A DNA stretch of 64,000 bases. It comes from a virus. Below, one piece after another: positions 25,883-35,246 of the stretch. The stretch's first letter is position 1. Each line of letters starts with the position of its first letter. Where the stretch lies: positions 32,001 to 96,000 of IMG/VR virus record IMGVR_UViG_3300023184_000030. One strand, written 5' to 3'. A program made the translations under genes and the position numbers. The notes under the pieces are model-generated. The model had not been told where the DNA came from, made no database searches, and worked only from the letters and a program-made list of their open reading frames with translations.

Positions 25883-27421
25883 TTAAAGTTTTACCTTGTA
25901 TATCTTATATTCAAAGGATTCGTTCTTATAAATCTGGATTCTTGCTTCTGAGTGTTTAAGGAGATAGTTTTGGTACTTAGGTGAAGAAAAGTCGTCAACA
26001 AAGTCTATTATATTAACCTTTTCCTTACCCTCCATCTGTCTCATTCCCCTTCCTAAACTTTGCTTAATCAGGACCTCACTCTTATATGACTCGACCAAGA
26101 AGATGTTATGTAAGTTGTTTATTGAGATTCCAGTTGAGAATGTGCCATAGGTTGCAATAAGTATTTTATTATTTCCTGACGCCATTCTTGACTTATATTC
26201 CTCCCTTAAACCTTCGCTTGTGTCACCATCTACATAGAAGACCTCTTTTTCGCTATTTTTCTCCCTAAGTAGATTCCATATCTGCTTACCGTATTCATCC
26301 TTAACTGACTGGAAAAGAACTAGTGAATTTTTCGATGTTTTGCTTATGAAATCCACCACATAGTTAAGTCTCTTCTTACTTTCAACAACAAGCTTTCTCT
26401 CAAGATTATAAACTTCGTTTCCTTCTAAATTGTTATTATTAAGTTTTAGATCCGCGAGTTTGTCCTTATATTCTTTTTCTAACCAATCCATTATAACAAC
26501 CTTGATAGAAACCGGAGTTGCATAATTATTATCAAAAAGAAAACTAGGGGGTATTTCGACTATGAGAGGACCGAGAAATTGCTGTATGGTCAAATAATCA
26601 GCTGTGCCTCTTTTAGTTAGTGTTCCGGTTAATCCAAATCTCCATCTAGAGTGCATACAGTTTGCAACAATTTTTTTAATGGACATACTGTTTGTATGAT
26701 GTGCTTCATCGACAAAAACCAAATCAGCTTCTTCGAAGAATTCTGGATCCTGTTTAACCAAAGATTGGAATGTGCCTATAATAACATCACACCCTTCTCT
26801 TAATTTAGATCCTCCACCTATTTGTTGTATCTTAGATCCTAGCTTATGTAATCCATAATCTTCGAAATCTTCGCTACCTTGAAAAACTAGGTTTGTACTA
26901 GGAACGATCATAAGGAACTTTCTAATAAGACCTTTCTGTCTAAGATATGCAAATATCATAAACGAAATTAGGGTCTTGCCTGAAGATGTGGCAACCTCCG
27001 AAATTGAGTATCTATATTTGATTAGCTTCCATGCTGTTTCAATCTGATAATCTCTTGGCATCTTATTAGGATCACCCCCAATCCCTCCTTCAAAAAATTC
27101 ATTAACCCATTCGGTATATTCCTCCAAGGTCAAGTCTTTACTAACTATTTTATCGAGACCCTTTATCTCAATCTCTATTCTATAATCTTCCCCAATTTGT
27201 AAAACTTCCCTCCATAAACCTATAGGAACTTTCCATGCCCCGCCCTTCTTTTCGATGAAGCATATGTTTCCGTCCCAGATTTTTTTCTTAACTAAAGGGT
27301 GGAAGTAGAAGTTGTGTATCTTCTTGGTTAATGATATGTCTATTTGCTTCTTCTCGACCTCGTCAAGTGCTTCAGTTAGCACTATCCATTGATGGTCGTC
27401 AGAAACTTGGAATTTAATCAT
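25883..27421 (-). CDS. uvsW: UvsW-like SF2 DNA helicase
   Basis: Motifs PRDYQ, ATSSGKT, VDEAH, GLTGT, ATYGTFSTGISI, QSLGRGMR. Confidence 0.9.
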   Translation of the reverse strand: MIKFQVSDDHQWIVLTEALDEVEKKQIDISLTKKIHNFYFHPLVKKKIWDGNICFIEKKGGAWKVPIGLWREVLQIGEDYRIEIEIKGLDKIVSKDLTLEEYTEWVNEFFEGGIGGDPNKMPRDYQIETAWKLIKYRYSISEVATSSGKTLISFMIFAYLRQKGLIRKFLMIVPSTNLVFQGSEDFEDYGLHKLGSKIQQIGGGSKLREGCDVIIGTFQSLVKQDPEFFEEADLVFVDEAHHTNSMSIKKIVANCMHSRWRFGLTGTLTKRGTADYLTIQQFLGPLIVEIPPSFLFDNNYATPVSIKVVIMDWLEKEYKDKLADLKLNNNNLEGNEVYNLERKLVVESKKRLNYVVDFISKTSKNSLVLFQSVKDEYGKQIWNLLREKNSEKEVFYVDGDTSEGLREEYKSRMASGNNKILIATYGTFSTGISINNLHNIFLVESYKSEVLIKQSLGRGMRQMEGKEKVNIIDFVDDFSSPKYQNYLLKHSEARIQIYKNESFEYKIYKVKL

Positions 27422-27425
27422 TATC

Positions 27426-27433
27426 TATATATC
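27426..27433 (-). promoter_or_regulatory. late-type promoter motif GATATATA
   Basis: Exact octamer 4 nt upstream of uvsW, which is also a late gene in T4. Confidence 0.65.
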
Positions 27434-27886
27434 TTATTTTACTGTAGACCCTCTTAAATAGTCCTCTAACGATATGCGTGATTTCACCCCGTACAGCATG
27501 TGATCAACAGTTTGTATAGTTTGATCTATAAATTTTCGGTGGCTTTCTACAAGCTCTACTTTTTCTGCGATTTCAGTTAAGTCACCCTCAATTAATACGG
27601 TTTTTTCATTAGCACCATATCTAACATCGCTTCTTTCGGAATAATCTTTTAATTTCTTTGCTCTCTCTACTCTTCCCTTTGAATTCAATTTAGATACAAT
27701 AGCTGCTAGCTTATAACTATACTCAAGTAAAACCTGGCGTTGGCTAAAAAGATCAACCTGTGCTTTAGCTAGGGTTTTTATATCCTTCATCAGGATGGCT
27801 ATAACTTGTATTTTTTCCCTCCATTCAGCTCTCTCGTTTTCGAAGATCTTGCTAAAATCAGTCTTTTCAGTTTTTTCTGTTGACAT
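27434..27886 (-). CDS. UvsY-like recombination mediator
   Basis: Helical 150 aa protein directly upstream of uvsW, as in T4-like synteny. Confidence 0.55.
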   Translation of the reverse strand: MSTEKTEKTDFSKIFENERAEWREKIQVIAILMKDIKTLAKAQVDLFSQRQVLLEYSYKLAAIVSKLNSKGRVERAKKLKDYSERSDVRYGANEKTVLIEGDLTEIAEKVELVESHRKFIDQTIQTVDHMLYGVKSRISLEDYLRGSTVK

Positions 27887-28219
27887 CTAAAATAGTTTAT
27901 TTTTATCTTTATTTTTACTGCTAGATAGATTTACAACCTTAACAGTATTCTCACTTTTTTCTTTCTTCTTTTCTTTAGGCTCATCGACTACAGGTTCCGC
28001 AAATTCCATGCTGACCTGATCTATTATATTGTCTTTTAGCTTAAGTGGAAATTTTATGCGGGGAGAACTTCTCTCATCGCACTGTTTTTCCCATTCGCCA
28101 GTTTTGTCTGTGCCTGAGCTAGGATCACTTATCAATAAAATATCTAAGGTCAAGTGCTTCGTTGGTAAAGTAGTTATCAAATCTCTTAATTTTTTTCCCG
28201 GTAGTTCTAAGATGAACAA
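27887..28219 (-). CDS. hypothetical protein (true start probably near 28135)
   Basis: Fills the gap between primase and the uvsY-like gene; the 5' part overlaps primase. Confidence 0.5.
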   Translation of the reverse strand: MFILELPGKKLRDLITTLPTKHLTLDILLISDPSSGTDKTGEWEKQCDERSSPRIKFPLKLKDNIIDQVSMEFAEPVVDEPKEKKKEKSENTVKVVNLSSSKNKDKNKLF

Positions 28220-29189
28220 CTAGATCATTAAGATCCCATTTTCTATTCTTTGTTATATTATTCTCTTCTAGGAATTTCCCCCAGTTGAAAACTGTAAATC
28301 CTTTAGCTAAAAGATCTACGCTCTTTTCTATTCCTGCTTTATCCCAATCATACCAATATCTTAGATCCTCAAATTCAAACGGAAATTTATTCTCTATCGA
28401 GCAAAGTCCTGCAGAATTTGTCCACATCCAAGAATCCATTGGTCCTTCAAATATTGTAATAGGCTGACCGAAGTCCAAGAATCCTATACCAAAAACGTGA
28501 GATATCGGATCGATAGTTCTTGCTTTTTCTATAAGTTCTACATCTTTCCAATTTAAGAGTTTTTCGTAAATACCACTTAATTTGTAAGTGAGATATTTAG
28601 ATGAGCCTTTTATTGAATTCATGTTTCTAACCTGTAGCCCCATTATCTTATCATCGGGAGTAAGATTAAAAAGAAATAACCTTTCTTTCTTTCCATCCCA
28701 GGCAAATCTTGAATCTATTCTTTGATTTCTTTTCTGGATGTATCTTTGTATTTTAGATCCCCAAACTTCCTGGAGACCCAAAGCATTCATAAAGTCTATT
28801 CTCTTTATTAAAATATCAGAGATGTCATTATCGAAAAAATAGCTGATATCAACCTTACCGTATACAGTTCTTCTTTTGGTTCTGTTTTCTTCGATAATAG
28901 CTTTTATCTGATCCTTCTCACTTCCAGTTAGTTTATTAAACAAACCAAAATCCTTCATGAGTGTTATAGAATCTTTGAATATTCCACAACCTCCATTATA
29001 GCATTTATATGCCATAGTATCCAAATAGAAATTCCCACGTTTCTTTTTACCGTCGTTGGAATCACCACAGTACGGACAGGAGAAATTCAATCTGTTACCC
29101 GCCTTATAAACAATTTGTTTTGCCGGATTACCCTGAAATTCTCTGCTGAGTATTACCCCAATTAGATCTTCTATTCTTTCTGGTTGCAT
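28125..29189 (-). CDS. DNA primase (T4 gp61-like)
   Basis: Zn ribbon NFSCPYCGDS...YKCYNGGC and TOPRIM IFEGPMDS, YDWDKAG. Start moved to ATG 29189, because the track start lies inside a terminator. Confidence 0.88.
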   Translation of the reverse strand: MQPERIEDLIGVILSREFQGNPAKQIVYKAGNRLNFSCPYCGDSNDGKKKRGNFYLDTMAYKCYNGGCGIFKDSITLMKDFGLFNKLTGSEKDQIKAIIEENRTKRRTVYGKVDISYFFDNDISDILIKRIDFMNALGLQEVWGSKIQRYIQKRNQRIDSRFAWDGKKERLFLFNLTPDDKIMGLQVRNMNSIKGSSKYLTYKLSGIYEKLLNWKDVELIEKARTIDPISHVFGIGFLDFGQPITIFEGPMDSWMWTNSAGLCSIENKFPFEFEDLRYWYDWDKAGIEKSVDLLAKGFTVFNWGKFLEENNITKNRKWDLNDLVVHLRTTGKKIKRFDNYFTNEALDLRYFIDK

Positions 29190-29194
29190 AGGAT

Positions 29195-29223
29195 AAAAAG
29201 GGGACAGCAATAAAGCCGTCCCC
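29195..29223 (-). terminator. intrinsic terminator after ssb
   Basis: GGGGACGGC-TTTATT-GCTGTCCCC followed by TTTTT. Confidence 0.75.
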
Positions 29224-29237
29224 GGTTAGGTTATCTA

Positions 29238-30215
29238 TTAAAGATCGTTATAAAGATCTTCTAATGAAGATGAAGTTGAACTAGTGTTGGGTCTAGATGG
29301 AGCTTCAGTTTGAGGTGGTTCTTCTCTTTTAGTTGATCCAACTTTAGTCTGAGCAGCTTCAGCGTAGATATCATTTGATGAATTAGAAGGTGCACTAGAC
29401 GACGCACTTTTGGTAGGTGCTGTAGTAACACCGCCTATGATCTCATTAATGATACGAGCTTCAGGTACCGTGTTCTTAATAACACCCATAATTTTTTCGG
29501 TCATATCATCATCCCAATCTTTGTAGTCAAAGCTTGTTAGATTTTTTGGGCCTTCATTTAGGTATTCCAAGATAGTGTTCATGTCATCCTGATTTTTCTT
29601 CATTGGTTTGCCATTCACTTGGATTGGGCATTTATCACCAACGAAAGAACATAAATCGTAGTTGTTCCATTCTCCTACCTTTCTAACTTGAACTGCAAAT
29701 AATTTACCTTCAAATAAATCGAAAGGATTTGATGGCTCGCCATACTCAGGCTGAAGCTGTGCTTCAACAAGTTCATTTAATTTTTTACCGAATTTGAAGA
29801 TCATAATTTTACCCTCTAATTCTGGTTTGTTCTTGTCCTGAACGATTTGGATTAAAGAATAGTAATCCTCTTTTCTAGCAAATTTCTTAGCAAGCTCTTG
29901 ATCTGCTGCAGAATGAGAATTTTTTAATTTCCAGAAAAGATCTTTAAGGATTGATCTTTTTCCCACTGTTGAAGGGCAATCAGCTGAGAAAGCATTTCCA
30001 CTGATAGGATCGTTTAAGTAAACGTAGTACTTGTGAATTTTGGATTTTGCTGGATTAACAGGATTCGGAACGAATCTAATTAAAGCTTTGTAAACCCCGT
30101 CTTTACCATCCTCTGGATAAGGTTTGTAAAATTCAAGGTCTTTTCCACCGCCTTGTTTAGCGGTTGGTGTTACGAACGCCTCTGCGTCGAGATTGAAGAT
30201 GTCTAAATTGCTCAT
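29238..30215 (-). CDS. single-stranded DNA-binding protein (T4 gp32-like)
   Basis: Motifs ALIRFVP, NKPELEGKIMIFKFGKKL, NPFDLFEG, WNNYD and an acidic tail SLEDLYNDL. Confidence 0.88.
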   Translation of the reverse strand: MSNLDIFNLDAEAFVTPTAKQGGGKDLEFYKPYPEDGKDGVYKALIRFVPNPVNPAKSKIHKYYVYLNDPISGNAFSADCPSTVGKRSILKDLFWKLKNSHSAADQELAKKFARKEDYYSLIQIVQDKNKPELEGKIMIFKFGKKLNELVEAQLQPEYGEPSNPFDLFEGKLFAVQVRKVGEWNNYDLCSFVGDKCPIQVNGKPMKKNQDDMNTILEYLNEGPKNLTSFDYKDWDDDMTEKIMGVIKNTVPEARIINEIIGGVTTAPTKSASSSAPSNSSNDIYAEAAQTKVGSTKREEPPQTEAPSRPNTSSTSSSLEDLYNDL

Positions 30216-30232
30216 GTTTTTTTAAAATTTAA

Positions 30233-30268
30233 TTTTTGTTTTACTTTTTGTTTTTGTTTTACTTTTTG
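30233..30268. repeat. perfect 18 bp tandem repeat x2 in the A-rich ssb leader
   Basis: TTTTTGTTTTACTTTTTG at 30233-30250 and 30251-30268. Confidence 0.8.
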
Positions 30269-30327
30269 TTTTCTGTTTGTTTCTCTTAATTTCCTATTTT
30301 TCCATTAAAATTTTCTTTTTTTTCTAC

Positions 30328-30615
30328 TTATATCTTTGTGATGTTGTATTCTTTTGTAATTAGCCTACATGTACGAGGACTGTTTTGTGCTGAATGTGTT
30401 TTTATTAGAGCACTAGTTATGTCTCCGTAGCGAGCTTGTAAATGACCGTTACGATTGACGTGGGATGCTGTTATCTTTGGGATAATGCTAAATGTATTTA
30501 AAGATAGGGAAGATGCCTCTCCTGCAGAGCATAAATGCTCTGACCTTTTAGAAAAATAGTTTAGATTACTAGAGGCTTGCTGTGTGTTCTGTTTCAAAAT
30601 TTCCTTTAATTCCAT
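30328..30615 (-). CDS. possible hypothetical protein
   Basis: 95 aa ORF overlapping the RuvC-like gene by 47 nt; atypical composition, may be non-coding leader. Confidence 0.3.
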   Translation of the reverse strand: MELKEILKQNTQQASSNLNYFSKRSEHLCSAGEASSLSLNTFSIIPKITASHVNRNGHLQARYGDITSALIKTHSAQNSPRTCRLITKEYNITKI

Positions 30616-31276
30616 AAATTTCCTTTAATTCTTTCTTTAAATACAATGTTATCCAAGTTGCGTCCACAATATCATCAATCGGTTTGTTAACTACCTTAGC
30701 TGGTGTTATCCACTCAGTTTTGTTAGTTTCTAATATATTAGCAAAGATTGCTAAATTTGTTTCATCCTCTTTGTAAATACATAGAGAATTATAAAGTTCG
30801 TCCTTTTTAGCATTACCCTTTAAGGCAAACTTTTTAATTGAGGTAGGGGAGAAAACGTGGAACTTGTCTGCTCCAACCCTATCTATTATTTTTTTCCTTA
30901 GTAATGCGGTAGCCATAGAGATATCTATAAGTGCATTACCGTTAGAGGAGAAGCTTAATCCCTCCATTGCAACATGGAAATCAGAATCACCCATAACTTC
31001 CTCTATGCTATTCCAAAACGAATCAACAATTTCCAAGAAGTAAACTATTTTGATTCTTTCCCTGCCTGTGTAATCATCCGGCAATTCCTTCTTATCGAGG
31101 AAGATAAATTTAAAATCCTTCTCCATTTCTAAAACGGCAAAGGGTTTCTTTAAACTCTTTCTTAGCGATTCTGGGCTTCTATCTGATCTGGTTAAAGATC
31201 CCCAAATATACTTACCGTCCTTATAGCAGCAAAATGCAGGAGAGTTTATAGAAAAATCTATTCCTACTATATTCAT
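30569..31276 (-). CDS. RuvC-like Holliday junction resolvase
   Basis: Motifs IVGIDFSINSP, VAMEGLSF, PTSIKKFA.KGNAKKDEL, DDIVDA. Confidence 0.8.
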   Translation of the reverse strand: MNIVGIDFSINSPAFCCYKDGKYIWGSLTRSDRSPESLRKSLKKPFAVLEMEKDFKFIFLDKKELPDDYTGRERIKIVYFLEIVDSFWNSIEEVMGDSDFHVAMEGLSFSSNGNALIDISMATALLRKKIIDRVGADKFHVFSPTSIKKFALKGNAKKDELYNSLCIYKEDETNLAIFANILETNKTEWITPAKVVNKPIDDIVDATWITLYLKKELKEIYGIKGNFETEHTASL

Positions 31277-31291
31277 ATAAAAATTTAGGGA

Positions 31292-31525
31292 TTAAGAAGG
31301 GTGAACAATTTGACCAACCGCTCCTGTATATCCATAAACTTTAGAAAGCTTCTCGAAACAAGATTTCATTTGTGCATCCGTTAAACAGTTTACCAAGTCG
31401 TTTAATACTCTTTGGTCGTTACCTGCAGCAGATACCAAAAGGTTTTTCATTTGGTCCTTTTCACCACCCAGTGGCTGACCATACTTCATTTCGTTTAATT
31501 CTTTTACGTCTGAAAACTTTTTCAT
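31292..31525 (-). CDS. small hypothetical protein, putative internal head protein
   Basis: N-terminus MKKFSDVKELNE; late motif 19 nt upstream. Confidence 0.7.
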   Translation of the reverse strand: MKKFSDVKELNEMKYGQPLGGEKDQMKNLLVSAAGNDQRVLNDLVNCLTDAQMKSCFEKLSKVYGYTGAVGQIVHPS

Positions 31526-31544
31526 CTTTATTGTTTAATTTAAT

Positions 31545-31552
31545 TATATATC
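31545..31552 (-). promoter_or_regulatory. late-type promoter motif GATATATA
   Basis: Exact octamer in the intergenic gap. Confidence 0.65.
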
Positions 31553-32101
31553 TTACCTAGCTTCAAGAACTATATCTAGATAGTTACATTTAAAACCTAG
31601 GTTAAATGATGTGTATGCAGGGTTATTGTTGGTGTAGTTTAATTCTAGTTCAGAAAAGGAAGTAAATAAAACCTCTTGGAATGTTACCGACATAACTATA
31701 TTACCCTCATTGTCCATTATTCTTAGTGGAAGTGCCTGGATAAAGACCTGATCATTAGCAAAATTAAGAAAATCTAAAACAGTGTCAAGCATTATAAAAT
31801 AGTTTATAAATCCATCAGCCATTTTAAAGTTCATACTAAAATCCTTAGAGAAAAGATCCTGTATAGGGGTAGAACTCTTATAAGCTACCTTTTTACCCAA
31901 GTTTCTAACCTGCTCTACTGAATCTATTGACAATCCTGGGAATCCCACTGATTGTATTGTACTATTTACATATTGAGCAACATCATCAAATGGAATAGGT
32001 TGTTTCTTAATATAGTCTTCATACTTATTGGTCACCCTTTCAGAGAAGAATCCTCTAGGGAAGTTGAAGTAAAAGCTATTTGATTTTGGATTAAGTAGCA
32101 T
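31553..32101 (-). CDS. tail tube-fold protein (T4 gp3 tail completion-like)
   Basis: Size and pattern (IQSVGFPGLSI, FINYFIM, LRIMDNEGN, FTSFSELEL, FKCNYLDI) resemble the gp3/gp19 family. Confidence 0.55.
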   Translation of the reverse strand: MLLNPKSNSFYFNFPRGFFSERVTNKYEDYIKKQPIPFDDVAQYVNSTIQSVGFPGLSIDSVEQVRNLGKKVAYKSSTPIQDLFSKDFSMNFKMADGFINYFIMLDTVLDFLNFANDQVFIQALPLRIMDNEGNIVMSVTFQEVLFTSFSELELNYTNNNPAYTSFNLGFKCNYLDIVLEAR

Positions 32102-32103
32102 GC

Positions 32104-34389
32104 TTAAACTTTAATATTTGATAATGTTGGGGTAGAAAGAATTCCATTTGCAGCTATTTTAAACTGAGCTCTGGTTAATCCAGGATATTGGATGTATCCA
32201 GGTTTGCCTGGGGTTAAGAAGTAATCAACTATCGTTTGATCTGCCCATCCAGTAGCAACAAATCCTTGCATCTGAGCAGCTAAAGCACTTGTTAAAGCAC
32301 TACCTTTTAATTGCTGGTTGGTGTTTCCGATAGATGATGTGCTTGATGCATTACCGAGGTATGCGGAAAGGTTACCGCTAGATGCTGGCAGAATACTCTG
32401 AACTATATTTTTAGGAGCTGCCTGTGTAACTGATCCAACCAGTTGATTTCCTGATGTTACTGTTACTGTAGGGGTAACAACAGTAGTCGTATCAGTAGGT
32501 AATACTATAACTTCACCTTCTTTTTTCCAATATCCCCAGAATAAAACTGATGTTGATTCATTAGACATCGGTGTTTGTGTTGTTAGCGGAATTGAGGCAG
32601 CAGCAGTCCCGCTAGAAGATATAGATCTTTGTTCCGAATTAGAAGAAACTAAATTAGTAGCTTGTGCCTGCACGCTTTGTGTGTTGACAGTTGCATTAGA
32701 TTGAGCAGTTACGTTACCGTTTGTTATAAAGAATCTTCTGTCCGTAAAATTAAGTATTTTAGTTGATTGGGTTTCATCTATCTTGAAAGCAAGCTCTCCT
32801 AAAGCAGGTTTTGCTATATTATTATCAAGCAATGATGGAACATAATTCTTATTTCCTGAATTGTCAAGGAAAGCAATCTTATAAAGGCCGCTATTGCTTA
32901 AATCTATTTCAACAGGTATACCATTAGGACCTTCTTTAATAAATTTGAATTTATAATAGTTATCAAAAGGAGAAAGAGATACGGTAAGTTTACCTACACC
33001 TAAAGCGGTAACATTTGATGTCCCGTTATTTTGGGTTAGATTGCCATTGGTGAAAGTTAAATTTGCTGCAGTAGCAGTTACGTAGTTTTGCTGTATGAAA
33101 ACATTGGTGTACTTAATAATTTCCTTAGGTGCTGCCGTGTTATTAGATCCTACGCTAATTGAAGAAGCAGAATAAACTCTGTTATATATTTTCTGAACCT
33201 GTGGCAGATTCTGAAGCTTTATTGGGGTTATAGTCGTTCCCCATTGTGCAGGATTATTAGAAGCATAAGATGATATTCTAACCACCCTACTTTGATCGAC
33301 ACTGTTTATCAACGACATTGTGTATCTTAAAAAGAATGACGATGAATATGCTGCATTTCTTACGATAGGTCTATAGTAATTAGGTGAATCATAGGCAGTT
33401 GTTTGGGTTGACTCGAATCTAGAGGTCTCGATTATAGCAGCTCCTATTTGTTCAAGAACTTCTATTTGGTGACTTATATAATAACTATTGCCTATCGAGT
33501 TTTGAAAAAGTATAAAATCCTCAGTAAATCCTTCGTTATCTGTTGCATAATACTCGAAGAATTGACCGCTATTAGATTCTTTTATAGTAGCACCGATATT
33601 AGAAAATGGATCTTCTTGCTCTAATGAAAGCAGAGAAATTCTTGAAGAATCATATCTTGAATACCCCTCGAAGTCCGTAGTGCTTTGCACCTGCCATGCA
33701 GAGATTCTAATAGGTGCATCAGAAACAAATCCGTCCCCGCTCTGACTTATTAGAGAAGCTAAAGTTTGAGGTCTAAAATAATCTGAAGCAGAAAGATACT
33801 TATAGTTCATATCCTTAAGATTAGGTATCTTAATCTCAAAATATTTATCATAAATATTTGATCCTATAACTACTGGGTTAGGATTAAGTTCATAATCTTG
33901 CTCAGTTCCTTTCTTAAGTAGTATCTGAGAAGCAGTTACGTAATTTAAGTTCTGATCTTGAAATTCTATTTTAAGAATTAAACCATCTATGTTAGAAAGG
34001 TTATATCCAGCTCTAATGTGGTATCTAATAGTGTCATAGATCACTAATAGATTTGAAGGAAATACTATTGGTAGATCTACTGTATTAGTTAGCTGGTCTG
34101 AATAATCGTTAAATGGAATTATTAGATTTGAATCCAGGGTAACAAAAGAATTAGTACTAATCTGTACAACACTATTGCTTGCAGTATTTCTACTTAGATC
34201 ATAATCAGCATTCGGGTTGAATATCTGTACAGCATTATCCTGATAACCATTGATAAGTTTATCATATCCTATTGTTGATGGTCCGCTGTTAACAAAGTAC
34301 TCCTCTGGCTGCGGTTGATCAGCATACATATACTCCATTAGGAGATATGGGGTAAGCTGAACGAATTTTGATGTTGTGCTGTAAGCCAT
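32104..34389 (-). CDS. putative virion structural protein
   Basis: 761 aa, Ser/Thr/Asn-rich, within the structural module. Confidence 0.6.
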   Translation of the reverse strand: MAYSTTSKFVQLTPYLLMEYMYADQPQPEEYFVNSGPSTIGYDKLINGYQDNAVQIFNPNADYDLSRNTASNSVVQISTNSFVTLDSNLIIPFNDYSDQLTNTVDLPIVFPSNLLVIYDTIRYHIRAGYNLSNIDGLILKIEFQDQNLNYVTASQILLKKGTEQDYELNPNPVVIGSNIYDKYFEIKIPNLKDMNYKYLSASDYFRPQTLASLISQSGDGFVSDAPIRISAWQVQSTTDFEGYSRYDSSRISLLSLEQEDPFSNIGATIKESNSGQFFEYYATDNEGFTEDFILFQNSIGNSYYISHQIEVLEQIGAAIIETSRFESTQTTAYDSPNYYRPIVRNAAYSSSFFLRYTMSLINSVDQSRVVRISSYASNNPAQWGTTITPIKLQNLPQVQKIYNRVYSASSISVGSNNTAAPKEIIKYTNVFIQQNYVTATAANLTFTNGNLTQNNGTSNVTALGVGKLTVSLSPFDNYYKFKFIKEGPNGIPVEIDLSNSGLYKIAFLDNSGNKNYVPSLLDNNIAKPALGELAFKIDETQSTKILNFTDRRFFITNGNVTAQSNATVNTQSVQAQATNLVSSNSEQRSISSSGTAAASIPLTTQTPMSNESTSVLFWGYWKKEGEVIVLPTDTTTVVTPTVTVTSGNQLVGSVTQAAPKNIVQSILPASSGNLSAYLGNASSTSSIGNTNQQLKGSALTSALAAQMQGFVATGWADQTIVDYFLTPGKPGYIQYPGLTRAQFKIAANGILSTPTLSNIKV

Positions 34390-34400
34390 TTAATTTTAAA

Positions 34401-35246
34401 TTATTTTCCGAATTGTAAAAATCTTGGTGAATAATGAACTCCAAATCCAATATAAAAACCAGGAGAAAGACCAGTAGCAGATCCAGAAATACCATATCCA
34501 AGTTGAATGCCCAGTCCGAATTCCTTTCTAGCTGCTTTTAAAGCCTTTCTAGTATCTGCATTATCAGTAATATCAAACGAGTTAATATCATTAAAAGTTA
34601 AACCTGGATAAGTTGTGGTCACTCTTGTCATCATTCTTTTAGTTTTTGGATCCCTGTATATTCCAGTTGTAATATCTATATTTTGTTCCAGATTCAAAGA
34701 TGTGAGTCCAGGTAAAATTGTAGCTATGTATTTGGTTGAATCTAAAGGATCTATACGAAGACCCATTGTATATGGGGTTTTTCCCGATATCATTAATCTG
34801 TTTTTCCCTGTCATAATTGGACTATGTAGGAAATTAATAGATTCTTCTCCATTAGGGTCCCTAATAATCGTAGATGCTATCTTAACGCTATCTCTAATCT
34901 CTGTAACAATGTTTATCACTGAGTTTGGCGTGTTACCTCTTCTGCTAGATTTTAAACCTAATTGATGAATTAGTTCTTTCTGACTTTTAGAAAGTTCAGA
35001 AGCTTTTAGCTCGTAAGCTGATTTCTCTTGAATCAGATGTCCATTTTCAGACTTAATGGTTCTTACACTGTCTAAAGATGCAAGATAATTATTGTGCTCT
35101 CTCTTAGCTTCTGCCTCCATATGGGAGGTTTGCCCGCACTGTTTTAAGAACATAAGAATCAAAATAACAATAACAACAAGCATAAAAAATCTGCTGGTTA
35201 TCACCGAATATATGCTTGATATAGATTCTTTACTTAATGACTTCAT
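34401..35246 (-). CDS. membrane protein: N-terminal TM, coiled coil, C-terminal amphipathic beta-hairpin (spanin-like candidate)
   Basis: TM FFMLVVIVILILMFLKQC; C-terminus FGLGIQLGYG...FYIGFGVHYSPRFLQF. Confidence 0.55.
   Translation of the reverse strand: MKSLSKESISSIYSVITSRFFMLVVIVILILMFLKQCGQTSHMEAEAKREHNNYLASLDSVRTIKSENGHLIQEKSAYELKASELSKSQKELIHQLGLKSSRRGNTPNSVINIVTEIRDSVKIASTIIRDPNGEESINFLHSPIMTGKNRLMISGKTPYTMGLRIDPLDSTKYIATILPGLTSLNLEQNIDITTGIYRDPKTKRMMTRVTTTYPGLTFNDINSFDITDNADTRKALKAARKEFGLGIQLGYGISGSATGLSPGFYIGFGVHYSPRFLQFGK

Noticed and set aside
30216-30327. CRISPR array or origin iterons
   Set aside because: Only two low-complexity 18-mers with no spacers; better explained as an mRNA leader.
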